A stretch of DNA of 64,000 nucleotides from Nymphaea colorata (Eukaryota). Position numbers and translations under genes: made by a program. Positions 13,674 to 27,100 of this stretch are shown here, piece by piece; position 1 is the first letter of the stretch; each line of letters begins with the position of its first letter. Below the pieces are notes generated by a model. The model was not told where the DNA came from, did no database searches, and worked only from the letters and a program-made list of their open reading frames with translations. The stretch covers positions 744,001-808,000 of the forward strand of contig NC_045138.2 in NCBI RefSeq assembly GCF_008831285.2, read 5' to 3'.

Positions 13674-16600
13674 TCAACCTGTCAACCTTTGTCCAAGATG
13701 GTCTCTTAGCTGCTGTGGCAAATGGAGTGCAAGGCATCCGCCAATGGTCAACCATTGAAGGTTGGAGAGGCAGGCGATCTGTTGCTGTGCATCCGTGGGA
13801 CGTGTTGTTCCATTTTGTTGGGGAGTAATATCATTCACGTCCACCAGAGACTTGAGATTGGGGAACTCAGAAAGCGTGAGCTCTCTCAGTTTGGGGAGGC
13901 ATTGCCAGTGGCTTCCCAAGCTGATGTCCTCAGAGAAAGAGCGTAGGTCCAATTTCTCCAGTTGAGCGAGATCCCACACCCACTCAGGCACCCTTCCCCA
14001 TTTGACCTCCTCATCAACATTCGTGTTGTCTCTCAATTCCAGAGTCTTGAGGGAAGGTAGAAATGTCGATACCTGTGACGGCAATGGCGACGGCAGCAGT
14101 CTTGCTGATTTTGAATCCAACCGCAAGTGAATGAGGTTAGGCAGATGCTCAAGCAATTTCCATCCCAATCTTGCACTTGGGCAATTCAACACTGACAGCT
14201 TTTGGACCCGAGTCGCTTGACAGTCAGGCCCTGCCAGCCCCAATAGAGCATCAAGCATGCCTTCTGTCTGCATCTTTGGACAGCTCTTAAAATCCGCCTC
14301 TCTTAAGCACGGCACAGAAGTAAATGTTGTTTCCCCTGATCCACCTGCTGGCCACCCCTCCCAGCAGGCCAAATTCTTCACTTCTAGTTTCTCAAGTGAA
14401 GGAAGGCGAGATGGGAGCCACTTCAAGGTGTTCAGACGCGACAAGCGCAACCGCTTTAAAGCTGGCATGTTAGCAACAGTCTTCAACATATTACATCCTT
14501 CCACCTCCAACGACTCCAAGGCAGGCATGTGATGAGGTAATTGCTGTAGGCTGCCACATCCCTTCAACTTCAACCATTCCAAGGCAGGCATGTTGACAAG
14601 AGCCTTCAGGCTATTAGATCCGATCACCTTCAACTCATTCAGAGCAGGCATGCGATGAGGCAATTGCTCTAGGCTGCCACATCCCTCCACCTCCAACCGC
14701 TTGAGAGCAGGCATGTGATGAGGTAATTGCCCCAGTTTGCCACAATCTATCAACATCAACGACTCCAAGGAAGGCATGCTAGCTATTTCACATAATGCTG
14801 GGCATTTGATGACATTTAGTGATTCCAACGAAGTAATGCTTATTAGTTTTTCCCACAAAGAGCAACTGTCCAGCTTTAGTGAATGTAGCATGGTATAATA
14901 CTCAGTCTTCAAATGCCATGCCGGCATCTGTCCTTTATAATCACTTATCTTCAAGCACTCGAGCCCAAGTGGAGGTTCCAATGCCTCCAGCACACCACTC
15001 TGTTTGTCGTCACCACTTGTTCGTCATCACCTCCGATAATTCCAAAGTGGAATTCCACACTAATTATGCCATGCTTCTCCTTAAGCAGTTGTGCATTTCC
15101 TACATGATCAATTGCTTTTCTACTTCTCCCCAAACCTTCTATTGACAATTCCCCCTTTAGTTTCTTCAAGACTTTTAGTTCCCTAATATTGGAACCTCTT
15201 CTCTTCCTTTTGTCATTACATATCATAAACCTATGCAAGGTCCGTAAATTGGTAAGCTTCCCCAAACCTTCTACTATAAATTTCAAACGCTTTGTTCCTT
15301 TCAGCCCAAGATGCCTCAAGTTACACAGTTCACCCATTTCCTTGGGCAACTCTGTAATTTGACTATAACTTAAATCTAATGTTTGCAAGTTATAGAGTCT
15401 TTCGATTGAACTGGGCAATCTTTTCACATTAGAAAAGCTTAGATCGAGATATTTTAGAAGTGCAAGGCATTGAATGGACTTTGGCAACTCATCCATCCAA
15501 TATCCCCCCAATGACAACACCCTCAACCACTTGAAATTGGGAAAGTGCACCGAAGGCAAGGATTCACTTTCACTCAACAATGTACGCAGCTTATGTGTTA
15601 TGGCACTGGCATTATGCATGGTCTCTTCTACATTGTCTACAACAAGGAATGACATATGGCGTGTGTGTTTAGAAGTAGACGCATGGCTATATTCCCTTCC
15701 ACCTATATATAAGGTAAGGTCATGCAAAATGTCATGCAATTTGATTCTCTTCAAATCAATTTCTTCAACCAAGCATCGGTTCATTAGATCTTTAATGTAT
15801 TGGTTTGCTGTTACTTCCACATCTATGCTTTCCTTTTTCTCAATCAATTCGTGTGCCACCCATTGCATGATCAATCTCTCCCTTTCAATCTCATAATCCT
15901 TTGGATAAATGCAGCAATACACAAAACAACTCTTCAAATAATATGGCAAGTCATCGTAGCTCAGCATTAGACCAGGAAGAATATCACCACATATTTCAGT
16001 GGACGATGATGTTGAGGCTGCTTGCCTCTTCCATTCCCATATCTTACTATCCTTGACCGACTTCCAGTCTTCCCTACTCATTTGCTTGGTACGCATCATG
16101 GACCCTACCGTCTTAATCACAAGCGGCAAACCACCACACTTCTTGACTATGCTCTCTCCAACATCTCTTACATTATGGTTCTCCAAATCCCGTTCCGCTT
16201 CACCTTCTCTTAATGCCTCCTTTATGAACAAGTCCCAACTTTGCTGAAAATTAAATTCTGGTAATTCATGCATATAAGAAGCACCCATCCCCTCCGATAC
16301 ATCTTTCTTTCTACTGGTAATCAATATTTTGCTCCCCATTGCACCCGCCATCAATGTTCCTCCTACCTCTTCCTCCCACCAGTTTAGTTCCCACACATCA
16401 TCTAGAACCAACAAAAACTTTTCCTTTGAGAGCTCGTTCCATAATTTCGTGCACAAGCCATCCAAGGTACAATCAGTGTTTTCTCCATATCCATTGCACA
16501 CTTTCCTTAGTATCTGCCGCACCAAATCCTTACGTTTTGGCCTTTCTGAAACACAAACCCACCACCTGCGCTCCCCGAACTGTTGCGCGATTTCACTAAG

Positions 16601-17300
16601 AACCATTTTTGCAAGAGTTGTTTTGCCAATCCCACCCTTTCCTACAATAGAGATAATGGAAACACTTCCCTTCTTAGTCATACTACTATGTGCAGACTCA
16701 TGAGACAAGAGCCTTTTCACTATCTCCCTTTTATCATCCTCCCTGCCTATGGGTGGTTGTGCACCCATGTGATGGGTTGTCCCTCGGGAGTTGTCATGTT
16801 CACCATGAACAGGGTCCTCAAACCTTCTATTTGGTGTTGTTTTGAGTAGATCCACCATTTCCCAATCTTTTTTTATTGCATCAAGCCTTTCATTGATTTT
16901 CTTAGTTTCATTAGAGAATTTGTAGGAAGCATGCACATGTTCGTTAAAGCAAGAGCGTAGAGTGATCCAAGGCTTTCTTACCTTGTTCCATGAAGTTAAA
17001 GAATCTTTCTCCCTTTTGCTGAGCTTCATTTTGGTTTTGGTACTTTTAGATGATGTCTTGAGCATCGTAAAAAACGTCCTTCAGCTCTCCCTCTAGATAC
17101 CTGTCGCGCTCACTGCTGAAAAAGGGCTTGCGATCTACATCCTTAAGGGACACCTCCAAGCGTTCCAGCTTCCTCTGGAGCTTCTTGAGTTCATCTTCGG
17201 CATTCAAGATGAGGTCCACCTTTTCTCTCAACAAACTTGTTACAGCCTCCAAGAGACTAGAAATAGCCTTTTCTGCAAGTGCTTCGATTACTATTGCCAT
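13674..17300 (-). pseudogene. CC-NB-ARC-LRR (CNL) resistance gene copy 1, disrupted
   Basis: Three consecutive ORFs (17300-17046, 17065-14951, 14993-13674) encode an Rx-type CC (MAIVIEALAEK...DAQDII), P-loop GKGGIGKTT, kinase-2 LLVLDDVW, RNBS-B GSKILITSR, GLPL, RNBS-D CFVYCCIYP, LHD (MHD position) and LRRs. Versus the paralog at 37116: GAA>TAA at 17046-17048, +1 nt in a T-run near 17035, and a frameshift near 15012. Confidence 0.93.
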
Positions 17301-18460
17301 CTTCCCTGATTTTTCAGTAGATGCAAGAGCAAGAGGAACAGAAATTTTCAAAGAGTGGAAAAACAACGAAGAACTAAGATAAAGACGAGGCTGCCAACAA
17401 CTACAGTAAAATGTGGAAGTATGTCTTCCCAGGTTATTAATATAACATGGGAAGCCTCTTCCTTAAGTAAAAACAATCTTTTTTTTTTGCTTTAAAAAAA
17501 GAGAAAAAAAAAGGAAAAAGAAAAAGAAAAAGCAACCTCATTTCTTTCATCGTGGGTTACATGATTAGACATATGGTAGCCAAAGAAGGAGGGTCCTTCG
17601 ATGGTCAGGCAGATATAACATGCGGAATTTTTGTTAATAGCTAGCAGGAAAAGATAATTTGTAATTTCTTTTGATGTGCAGACATTCTTTATTATTTTTC
17701 TTTCTTGAATAAATGAAAGGGGAATTGCCGAGCTCGCTTTCAGCAAAAAAATTGGGCGATGGTCCTAACGTATTTAAGGAACGTTTGATGTCTTAGAATT
17801 TTCTGAATTAAATTTCCTTCTCAACATAGAATTGGAATGTCAAATTCCAGTTCCAAGTGAAGTGTTAGATCCATTGGCATCTCTAATTGGTTGCCTCTTA
17901 AAAGTTTCAAGTGAAATATTAGTGCCAATATCGGACCTGGCCACTGCATGATCTCAATATCATTGCTTTAATGTTTTTGAAACATAAAATTATTTTCAGC
18001 TCAATGGATACTGATATGCTATAGATAGCTGACTTTTGACGCCCTCTGTTTTCTTTCTATACATTATGTAAATAAATGTTCTTGTAAGATAAAGTAATAA
18101 GATATGTTTAATCATATGGTTGTTAAATTTATTAATTTTGATGCAGCAAGGACGAAACAAATGACGTTTACAGACACAAGGTTTGGATCGATTTGTTTTT
18201 CATTTAATTTTTTCCATCAATTGGCCTCCAAAAACTATGACTTTGGAATTAGAGTAATAAAGGGACCCGGAGAATGGCAATCGATGAATGAAACAAGGTA
18301 TAAGAAGCAAGAAGAAGAAATACTTTCTCTTACCGGATGGGCAGACTGAAGCTTCTCTTACTCTTCCTTGATCTCAGACAAAATCTCTCTTACAAATCGT
18401 CAATGCGACAAACTGAAGGGAAGATGTGGTGCCTTTTGTATCTTTCTAAAAGGCGGTCCC

Positions 18461-18631
18461 ATTCTCTCTCCAACCTTGCGTGGCGTATGGCCGGCGGAAG
18501 GAAGATACCCCATCGAAATTCTCTCCCCAACCTTGCGTGGCGTATGGCCGGCAAAAAGAAGATACCCCATCGAAATTCTCTCCCCAACCTTGCGTGGCGT
18601 ATGACCGGTGAAAGAAAGATACCCCATCGAA
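18461..18631. repeat. 57-bp tandem repeat, 3 units, upstream of NLR copy 1
   Basis: Three head-to-tail copies of ATTCTCTCCCCAACCTTGCGTGGCGTATGGCCGGCGAAAGGAAGATAC(C/T)CCATCGAA. Confidence 0.95.
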
Positions 18632-21600
18632 TCACATTTGAACTGAATGTATGGCATTACCCTATTCGATTTTTCAGAGGTTCACATATTTAGATTTGAA
18701 TATCAATGAAATAAAAAATTATGTGAATACAATTTTAAAATTTAATCCAAGTCTGAATCCAACTTTTAATACAAGTCGGAACATATATATATATATATAT
18801 AGAATATAATAATAATAAAATATTTTTGAATGCCGAACGCATGTAAATACTCAAGGCTTCAAGCTATAAAACACAAAAGGTTTAGTCAGCAGTTGAACCA
18901 CTTTACCATTGTATGTAAGTGGACATCCACAGTGGTTACTAACAAGAAATCTTTTTAAGTTGAGCGAAAGTGAAAGCTGAACATCCAAATAAGTGGATCT
19001 CCAATAAAAAGCAAGGCTTGAGGGCATGAGTCTGCATATTAATGGGGGAAACATGAAAAAACAAATGTAATTAAACTCGAACTCGAATTCGAGTCGAGTT
19101 CCCTAACACGAGCTCGAGCTCGACTCGAACTTGCTTACTAGTCAAGCTTAAACGAATCGAGTTTAATCGAGCTCGAGTAACTCGACTCGTTGTGCACCCG
19201 TAAAAGTAGGCCGAACCGATTTTTGGTTTCATCTCAGCCGTCCATTTTCTTTGATAGTTGGTTGAAGGTATTTAAATACTTTTGGCCTTTCTAAAATTTC
19301 CAACTTCTTTTCTTTTACTTTAATTTTAAAATTTGTTTGTAAGTACATATATTTTCCTTTTTCCTATATAAGGAACTTCAACAACGCACAGAATATATCG
19401 GAAACTTCTCGAACGCATACTCATTTGGACAAAGAACATAATAATATATAACGAAACTATTTTCTCTTTTAAACAAATAAATTAATTAAACAAAGTTTAG
19501 GTTGATTAGGTAGCATTTACAAGTCAACTATACGTGATATGTGTTCTTTTAAAGAAAATGTTGTTGAACAAGTTAATGGCTGTGTATTATTTAAATACAT
19601 AATTTACGCATTATTAAAATTATCTTCCTTGAGTTTTTTCAAATGACATGAATTTCTTAACTATTTCCGTATATCCTTAATTAATTTACAGAAGCATTTT
19701 GCTCAGTAAACCATAAGGTAGATTAAAAAAAATTTTGGGCAGCCTAAAAAATTAATTTCCCAAAAAATGGCAAAAAATGCAATATGTCAATAGTTTTAAG
19801 GGCAAATTGCCTTACGTGGAATCCGTGAGTAACGGCGAAAGAAGGGGAGAGCAAAGCGGTTGGAGGTGAGGTGGGACCCACCTCCAAGCAGGTGACGCAT
19901 TTGCAAACAGCCACATGAGGCCCATGAACAAACAGATCGGATCCGAGTTAATTAGTTGGACCCGATATTATTTTACAAAAGTTTATTTATGCCGTTAAAG
20001 GAAATCGTTTTATGTTGCGCAAAAGTGAATGTTGAGGAAATCTTTTTATGTTGATAAACATTTTTGTACACTAAATTGCTTACTTTAAATTCGCATGTAC
20101 ACTATCTCTTGTTTTCCTTTTTTTTTTTTTTGTACCTATAAATTTTCACCTTTGAAGTTCATATGTGAAAGACAAATTTCAAAAATCCGGCAGAATTTGG
20201 CTTTTCCAATTGGACAATGACGAACAATAGCAGCACTCTGTGAAGTAGTTCTGCCATTGCAATTTCATGCATATTGTCTAAGATAAACAACAGCACATTA
20301 AGGTTGTGAGTAAAATTTTATGGTGCTTATTCTTTCCCATATAGGAGATCATGATGGTAGAAATTGGAGTAGAAATCTGCAATTCTTGATACATTATATA
20401 TACGCTGGCAAAGGCATCTCCTTTTCCACGCAAATGCATCCAGAATGTGCATTTGTCCTCCTACTTCCTTAGTTGTCAATTAAGTTAGGTGTGGTTAACA
20501 CAACTATTTTGTCATTGAATAGAAATTATATATATATATATATACATATATATATTCATGGCCACATTTTATTTTTAAAAAAATAAAAAAGAAGCCCCTG
20601 ACTCCACAGTGGTTGAGCATCGGGCAAGGGAGCTCGCCACCCCACCTCTTGGAGAAGGCATAGGCATTAGGCAGTTTCCTCCCGGTCGCCATCTGCAGAC
20701 AGTGCCGACGGTGATAGGGTAGGTGACCGCCTCCCCCGCCTACCTTTTTTGAGAAGGGAATGGCAGCTTCCTTTGGGGCCGCCACAGTGCCAATGGCGAT
20801 AGGATCGGGGACTGCCTCCCCCACCCACTTTTTTTTATCATGTTAAGAAAATGATGCAGGGAAGGTCGTTAAACGCTTTATGCACTACTTTTTTATCAAT
20901 TCCAATAGGCACAATATATGTTTCTTTCTCTAACTCTCTCGCTCCCTCTCCTGATTGCTTGTTTTGCCTATATCTTTTAGGTTGGGACTTGTCCAGCATC
21001 GGATATCCCTACCTTACTATTAGTTTTAAGCCAGTTCTTTAGCCACCTTTGAATCATTCTTCTCTTGACAATCATTTATTTGTCATTATATTAGCAATCC
21101 CAAAAGAGTGTTTTTCCTTGAGTAATGCTCCTTCAATGGGAATGGAGTACAAGAGGAGCAGAGGAGGAGCTTTTACCTCTTATAGATTAGACGATTCTCC
21201 TTCGTTATCCAAGCTTCATCTTATACTAAAAGGAGGGGCATCTTCTCATAATTGCTGAGATTAAATATGATGTTTTCTTTAATATTTAAACATACATATA
21301 AAGGTTTTTTATAGTTTAAAAAGCATTTCTAGCTCTTCAAATTGAAGGCTTTGAAGACTTAACCTAGACTCTTTTTTCATGTACTTAAGTTTCTCTTTGG
21401 CCTACAACAAATGTGATGAAGTTGTCATAATATTTAAATTGTTTTCCAAACTTGTTAATCCTAGTTTCCGTCCAGGAAAGAGAATTTTGAACTCAAAAGC
21501 TCTCTTTTAGTCTCCCTATTTCTCTCTCAGATTTCTCTCTCTCTCTCTCTCTTTCTCTATCTCTTACTAAAAATTCTCTTTTCTTCATTTTTCTCTATCT

Positions 21601-21801
21601 TCAGTTCTCTCTCACCTTTTTTTAAAATATCTTTCTTTTACTTCTATTTTAATCTCTCTCTTTCTTTCTCTCCTTTTAGTTTTCTCTTTTTTAAGATATC
21701 AGGGATGCCATTTTGAGGTCAATGGACCGGTTCTTGTCCACCCTTTTCTACTCTCTCCTCTCTCTCCCCTCCTTGTAGACTTCACTCTCTCTTCTATATA
21801 C

Positions 21802-21852
<51 letters not shown>

Positions 21853-22984
21853 AACAAAAACTCCCATTTTGTTTAGCACAAAAAACTTGCGACTTGACCA
21901 AGGCCAATATTTGGTGCAATACTCTTGATGCTTATCATTGGGACTACATCTGATAGCATACAACCCATTTTAAACATTTTTTTATATGTATGTTGTGGTA
22001 TGAAATACTTGTCTAATTTTCTTTTCAAGCATAAAGAATTCTTTTTTCTTTTCATTTAACATGCATATTCACTATGTGTTTATAGGCAACCACTCCTTTA
22101 AGAAACCTAAGCAAAACAAGATCGAGCCCTAATAATGTGGTAACTGATTTAGGCTTAAACTTTAAGATTAACTTGTGTTTCAACACATAGCTATTAACTT
22201 TCTTTACTTTACAAATGATCGTTTCATTAAAACATTTTTTATAAAATTTTTCCAAATAAAATGATTCATTAAATAAGATTATTTCTTCTAAAACATATCT
22301 CCTATCATTTTATCAAGAAAAAAAATTATAGATCTCTCTTTTCCAATGCCTTATGAACAATTTTCTTATTTTAAGGGTCGACTCCTACATCTTTTTCTGC
22401 CTTATAAAATTTTTAATTTCTAAAACACTAAAATCTTTACCATACACCACACTGCATTTAAGTTGAGGATAATGCTTAAATCAAAGTGGAAAGTGGAAAT
22501 GCACCATGAATGAACAATTCACGAGAAAACTAAGTCTCATACCGAGGGCCCGGTGGATGCCTTTTCCACTTTGCAAAACGAATTCTCGTTGGTGAACCGA
22601 AAGAAATTTTGGAATGCAAACAATGTGGCTTGAGGGCTGAGAAATTTCTTCATCTTAAACAAGCTTGTAAGGTCGGTAAATGGAACTCATCTGGTACTGA
22701 TTCTTATTCCATGTCATTATGGATATAAAAGTCTTGACCTATATCATTATACAATGTGATCTATAAACTAGTTGCTAAGTTGACGGCTGAGAAAATGAAA
22801 ATTGTTTTAGCACAATTATTGGTCCAACAAGGGCATCTTATGTCCCCAATATATTTATTCACCATCCGTGGGACCTTGCTCTTGAAGCGGTCAACAGCTT
22901 GGAAAGGGCATATAGAACAGTTTTTTTCTTCTCAAAAGCTTTTGACGAAGTGAGAAAAATTATGACTTATGCTTCTACTGCTTC

Positions 22985-23219
22985 CCTTTTTTTTATTATT
23001 ATTTAGGGGTGAGCGGTTCATTGCCACCGCCCCTAAGAGAGGCCTTCGGCCCCCCCTCTGTGCCCGCCCCCCCGGGGTTTTCACAGAGCTGCGTCGGGCC
23101 CTTTTACGAACCAGGAGTAGCGCGCGCTGGGACGTGATAGTGGTCGCTCCAAGGACTCGAACCAAGCCGTTAGAGGAGCATGACCACCTTACCGCCCAAT
23201 GCGCTACCACCCCTTGGGG
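22985..23219 (-). mobile_element. tRNA-derived SINE with target-site duplication
   Basis: Minus strand begins CCCCAAGGGGTGGTAGCGCATTGG (A box), has GGTTCGAGTCC (B box) and ends in an A-rich tail. It is flanked by the direct repeat TTCTACTGCTTC (22973-22984 and 23220-23231). Confidence 0.88.
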
Positions 23220-23692
23220 TTCTACTGCTTCTTTAGTTGTCACCTTTAAGATGGGAGGGAAACACTTTTTGTAGCCATGGAAACCGATGGCAAGTGGACC
23301 CTCTCTCTCTACTTTTGTTTAATATTGGTGTTGTGGAAGTTTTATCTAGAAAACTCCAATGGCAAATTTTACGGGTTAGGAATCCCCTAACCCGTAAATC
23401 CTCTTCTTCTCTGCAAATGACATCATTTTATTTTTTTTGGGCTATTGCGTAAATCCTCCTCTTGCTTAAACCAGGTTTTACATTATTTCATTTCCAAAGC
23501 AGGTTTGATTATAAATTCATTGAATTTATTTTTTTGTTGATTTTGATGTTCAATTGGCAACACAATGGTCATTGAAAACCGATTTCATTGACAGTTGTCT
23601 AAACTTCCCTTATGGTATTTGGGTATTCCATTATTTGTTGGTACTCTTACCTTGGCGTATGTAGAAGCATGGACCGTCCACTTACTTATGTG

Positions 23693-24146
23693 AAGAGATG
23701 TCAAATATATCCGATTTGAATTGGATATCTGACCGAACTAATCCAAAAAAATGGATATGGAAAAAAAATTAATATCTGATTAAGGAATTGGATCTGATTT
23801 GGACTTAATAAATTGCATCCGATTGGATTCAGATTCAGATATACATCAATATCCAATTGGATTCAGATATGGATTCGGATCGGAGTCATTTTTAGACAAA
23901 TTAGTGTATCTAATAATATTAAATTTTTGAAAATTGGCAAAATCCTGTTCAAAATTTGGATTTGGATTCAGATATAAATGTACAAGTCGGATTCGGATTA
24001 TAAAATCGGATTTCAGATTCGAATTAGGATATGACTTTTTATTATTTGAATTTGAATCTGAATTCGAATCCAAATATGTAAATATCCGAAAAAGTGGATA
24101 TGATTAATAATATATTTGATCCAAATCAGATCCGTTGGCATCCCTA
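23693..24146. mobile_element. hAT-like MITE (GGATTC/ATCCG subterminal-repeat family) inserted in the LINE
   Basis: Imperfect TIRs AAGAGATGTCAA / TTGGCATCCCTA; flanking direct repeat ACTTATGTG (23684-23692, 24147-24155). Related fragments near 12000-12270, 26000-26400, 31380-31505 and 38380-38655. Confidence 0.8.
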
Positions 24147-27100
24147 ACTTATGTGTGAAGCATGTTATGAACTTTGTAGAGAAGAAATTTTGTCATTTTA
24201 TTTGGGTGGTTTCTGATCATATTAGGAAACTTCACTTAGTTGGAAGTCTGATTGCTCCTATACAAGAAGGTGGTCATGGCCTTCTTGCCATCACCAACTA
24301 CATTAAAGCCTTTTAAATTTTTCACGTAGAATGTCCAACTCCTTATGGGTCAGACACCAATACTTGTATAGGAGTTTTGAACACGGTAAAGTAAGGCTCA
24401 TTTCTCATGAATATGGAAAATCTAGCGGTGTTTGGGTAACAGTAAGAAGGTGAAAATTTGGTATGAAGATCAAGATTGGGGATTCTAGAACAGCTACTCA
24501 ACCAAGATGATTTTATGAAATTACATAGTCACATTCAGGCTACAGTGGAGGCAATTCTTGTGCTTATCTGAGGAAGAAGATATAAATTATACAAGGGCCC
24601 TACAATATTTTTCAAAAATCTTTAGATAGGCTAAGTTAAAAAATTTTAAAATATAAGTATCATTTTATTTTTCCAAAATATGAGGGGTGCGGGGCCACGG
24701 CTCCTGCCAGTCTCCCTCTTTCTGCCCCAGCCTAGATCCTTACTATAAGATTATTTGGCAGAAACGATCTGTTCCAATAGTGAACTGGTGTTTGTTTTTT
24801 GCTTTAAAATGTAAGCTTTTTACTCGTGAAAGTCTTTGGAATAGTGAACTGCTGTTTGTTTTTTGCTTTAAAATGTAAGCTTTTTACTCGTGAAAGACTC
24901 CGAAGATTTGGAATCATCCTTTTAAGCAGGTGTTATTTGTGCCTATCTGAGGAAGAAGGTATAAATTATCTTTCGATTACATGGGCTAAGGGTAAGTAGG
25001 TATGCAGATTTGTGGCAAAACTTTTTAACACCAAATTAGAAGTGCATAACCCTATTCAAAAAGTTGTCTCATCTCATGGTGCTTCAAATAAATGGGTTAC
25101 AATTTGCTTACCTATACTCTTTTGCAACATACGAAAACAAAGAAATTCTATTATGTATCATGCCAAATTGAATCTGAGTGGTCTTGAATGGAGGGTCTGC
25201 AATGATTTAATAACTGGTATAAAGTGGAAACATCAAGAGGTGTCCTTGAAATGGTGTGCAGAAAATGGCTTTTTGTAGCTGATGCATTTCTTGTTGACAA
25301 TCGACTGCAATGGGGCAGTAATCTTTTTGTACATTGAGGTTGGTTTTATGTCTCTCCTCTTTTTGGTTAGCTGTAGCTTCTATCATTTGTATTTGAGGTT
25401 TTATGTCTCTCTTCTTTTTGGTTTTATTCCAGCTCCGGTCTCTTGTATTTTGTTATTTGTTCTATTGTTAATAAACAATGTTTGGGAGGCCTAAACTCGC
25501 AGCACCGATGTTGCGTCCCCAAGTAGGGCAGCAGACAAGTCGAGCCCCAGATTGCCCAGCTCGATCTCTATTCGATTACACAACATCAAGCTCGAGCTCG
25601 ACTCTCTTAACTTGCCTATGGCCTAACTTATTTTTCAAAACTTGTTCATGTCAACTCGTTTAACTCGCTTATGACACCAAAGCAAAACTTGTTACCTCAA
25701 GTCGAAAGGAAAATTGGTTTTCTTGTGATACAAATTGGGTTATGATTGCCCTGTAGTACTAAGTTAAATGAGCAAACAACTTAAAATTTTCCACTTAATC
25801 ACAAAGTTGCACATCAATAACAACAATTCTATGGTACAACCATGAAAACAAGGGGTTTCGTCCCCCCTCTCTCTCTTCACAAAGACAAATTGTCAATGCG
25901 ACAAATTGAGGAGAACATGTGGTGCCCATGTATCTTTCTAAAAGCAGTCCCATTCTGTCCCCAACCTTGTGTGGCGTATGGTCACCGTCCCCATCGGATC
26001 AGATTCGAACTGAATGTATGGTATTACCCTACTCAATTTATCAGAAGTTCACATATTTAGATTTGAAGTAAGATTTGAATATTAATGAAAGAAAAGTTTA
26101 TGTGAATCCAATTTTTAAATTTACAGTCCAGATCCGATCCGATATCTAATATTTATCTTAACATGATCCAAGTCTGAATCCAACTTTTAATTATACAATC
26201 AAATCCGGACCATATTTTGATATGTGAAGGACTGGCCATCTTTCAAAGTGTTTGTACATTAAATATACAAGGATATTTATTTGAAATTGAACATAAACCG
26301 TTATCCAAATTGACTGAACATATACTTAAATTGAATTCAAATCCAGAATTGCGATATTGACATTTTATAAGTCCGGATACATCCAATTGTCATGCCCTTA
26401 ATACTGCAAATCACATTGTCGACCCTACTGGAAATCTGATCGAATGCATCTAAAATTAATTGCTTTACAAATTGCAGCTGGGGATGTCAATGCTCTGTTA
26501 GGAAAAATAAACTAAACAAAGTTTAGGTTGATTCGGTAGGATTTATGAGTCGACTATATGTGATACGTGCTTTTTGTTTGTTTTTTTTTTTTCCAGAGAT
26601 TTTTTTTGGACAAGTTAACTAGTGGTTAAAATATATAATTTATGCATTATTAAAATTATCTTCCACAAGTTTTTTGAAGTGACGTTAATTTCTTAACTAT
26701 TTTCGTGTGACTTCCATTAATTTATAGAAGCATTTTGGTCAGTCCACCCTAAATTAGATTGAGAAAAATTTTGGGCGGACTAAAAAATTAATCTCCCATG
26801 GAAATGGCAAAAATGCAATACCACCATCGTTTTAAGGGCAATTTGCTTTATGTGGAATGGAATCTGTGAGAAACGGCGAAAGAGGGGAAAGAGAAAAGCC
26901 GTTGGATGTAAAAGAACGCCCTCATTGCCTGCCTACCCAGGATTCATACTGAGGTCGGTGCCTGTGGGACCCACCTCCAAGTAGATGACATGAGGCCCAT
27001 GAACACTTCTTGGAAGGACTTAGAGGACTAACCTTAAGGGGGCGTTTGACCACCTTGAATTTTGATATTAAAATTAAAATTATAGAAACAACATTTCAGC

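Larger units (their letters stand above)
22540..25480 (+). mobile_element. Degenerate L1-type LINE ORF2 relic
   Basis: Fragmentary motifs in order: IYKLVAKL..KMKIVL (RT), QVDPLSLLLFNI..VEVLSR (QGDPLSP motif), YLGIPL, EGGHGL, zf-RVT-like LFTRE..CYLC..EEEGINYL, and CNIRKQRN (WxIWKERN-like). Many stops and frameshifts. Confidence 0.75.

Noticed and set aside
23140..23219. tRNA gene
   Set aside because: A and B boxes are present, but the TSD, unrelated body and A-tail identify a SINE; no convincing cloverleaf.
24776..24896. ~60-bp tandem duplication in the LINE relic
   Set aside because: Ordinary post-insertion decay with no sign of function.
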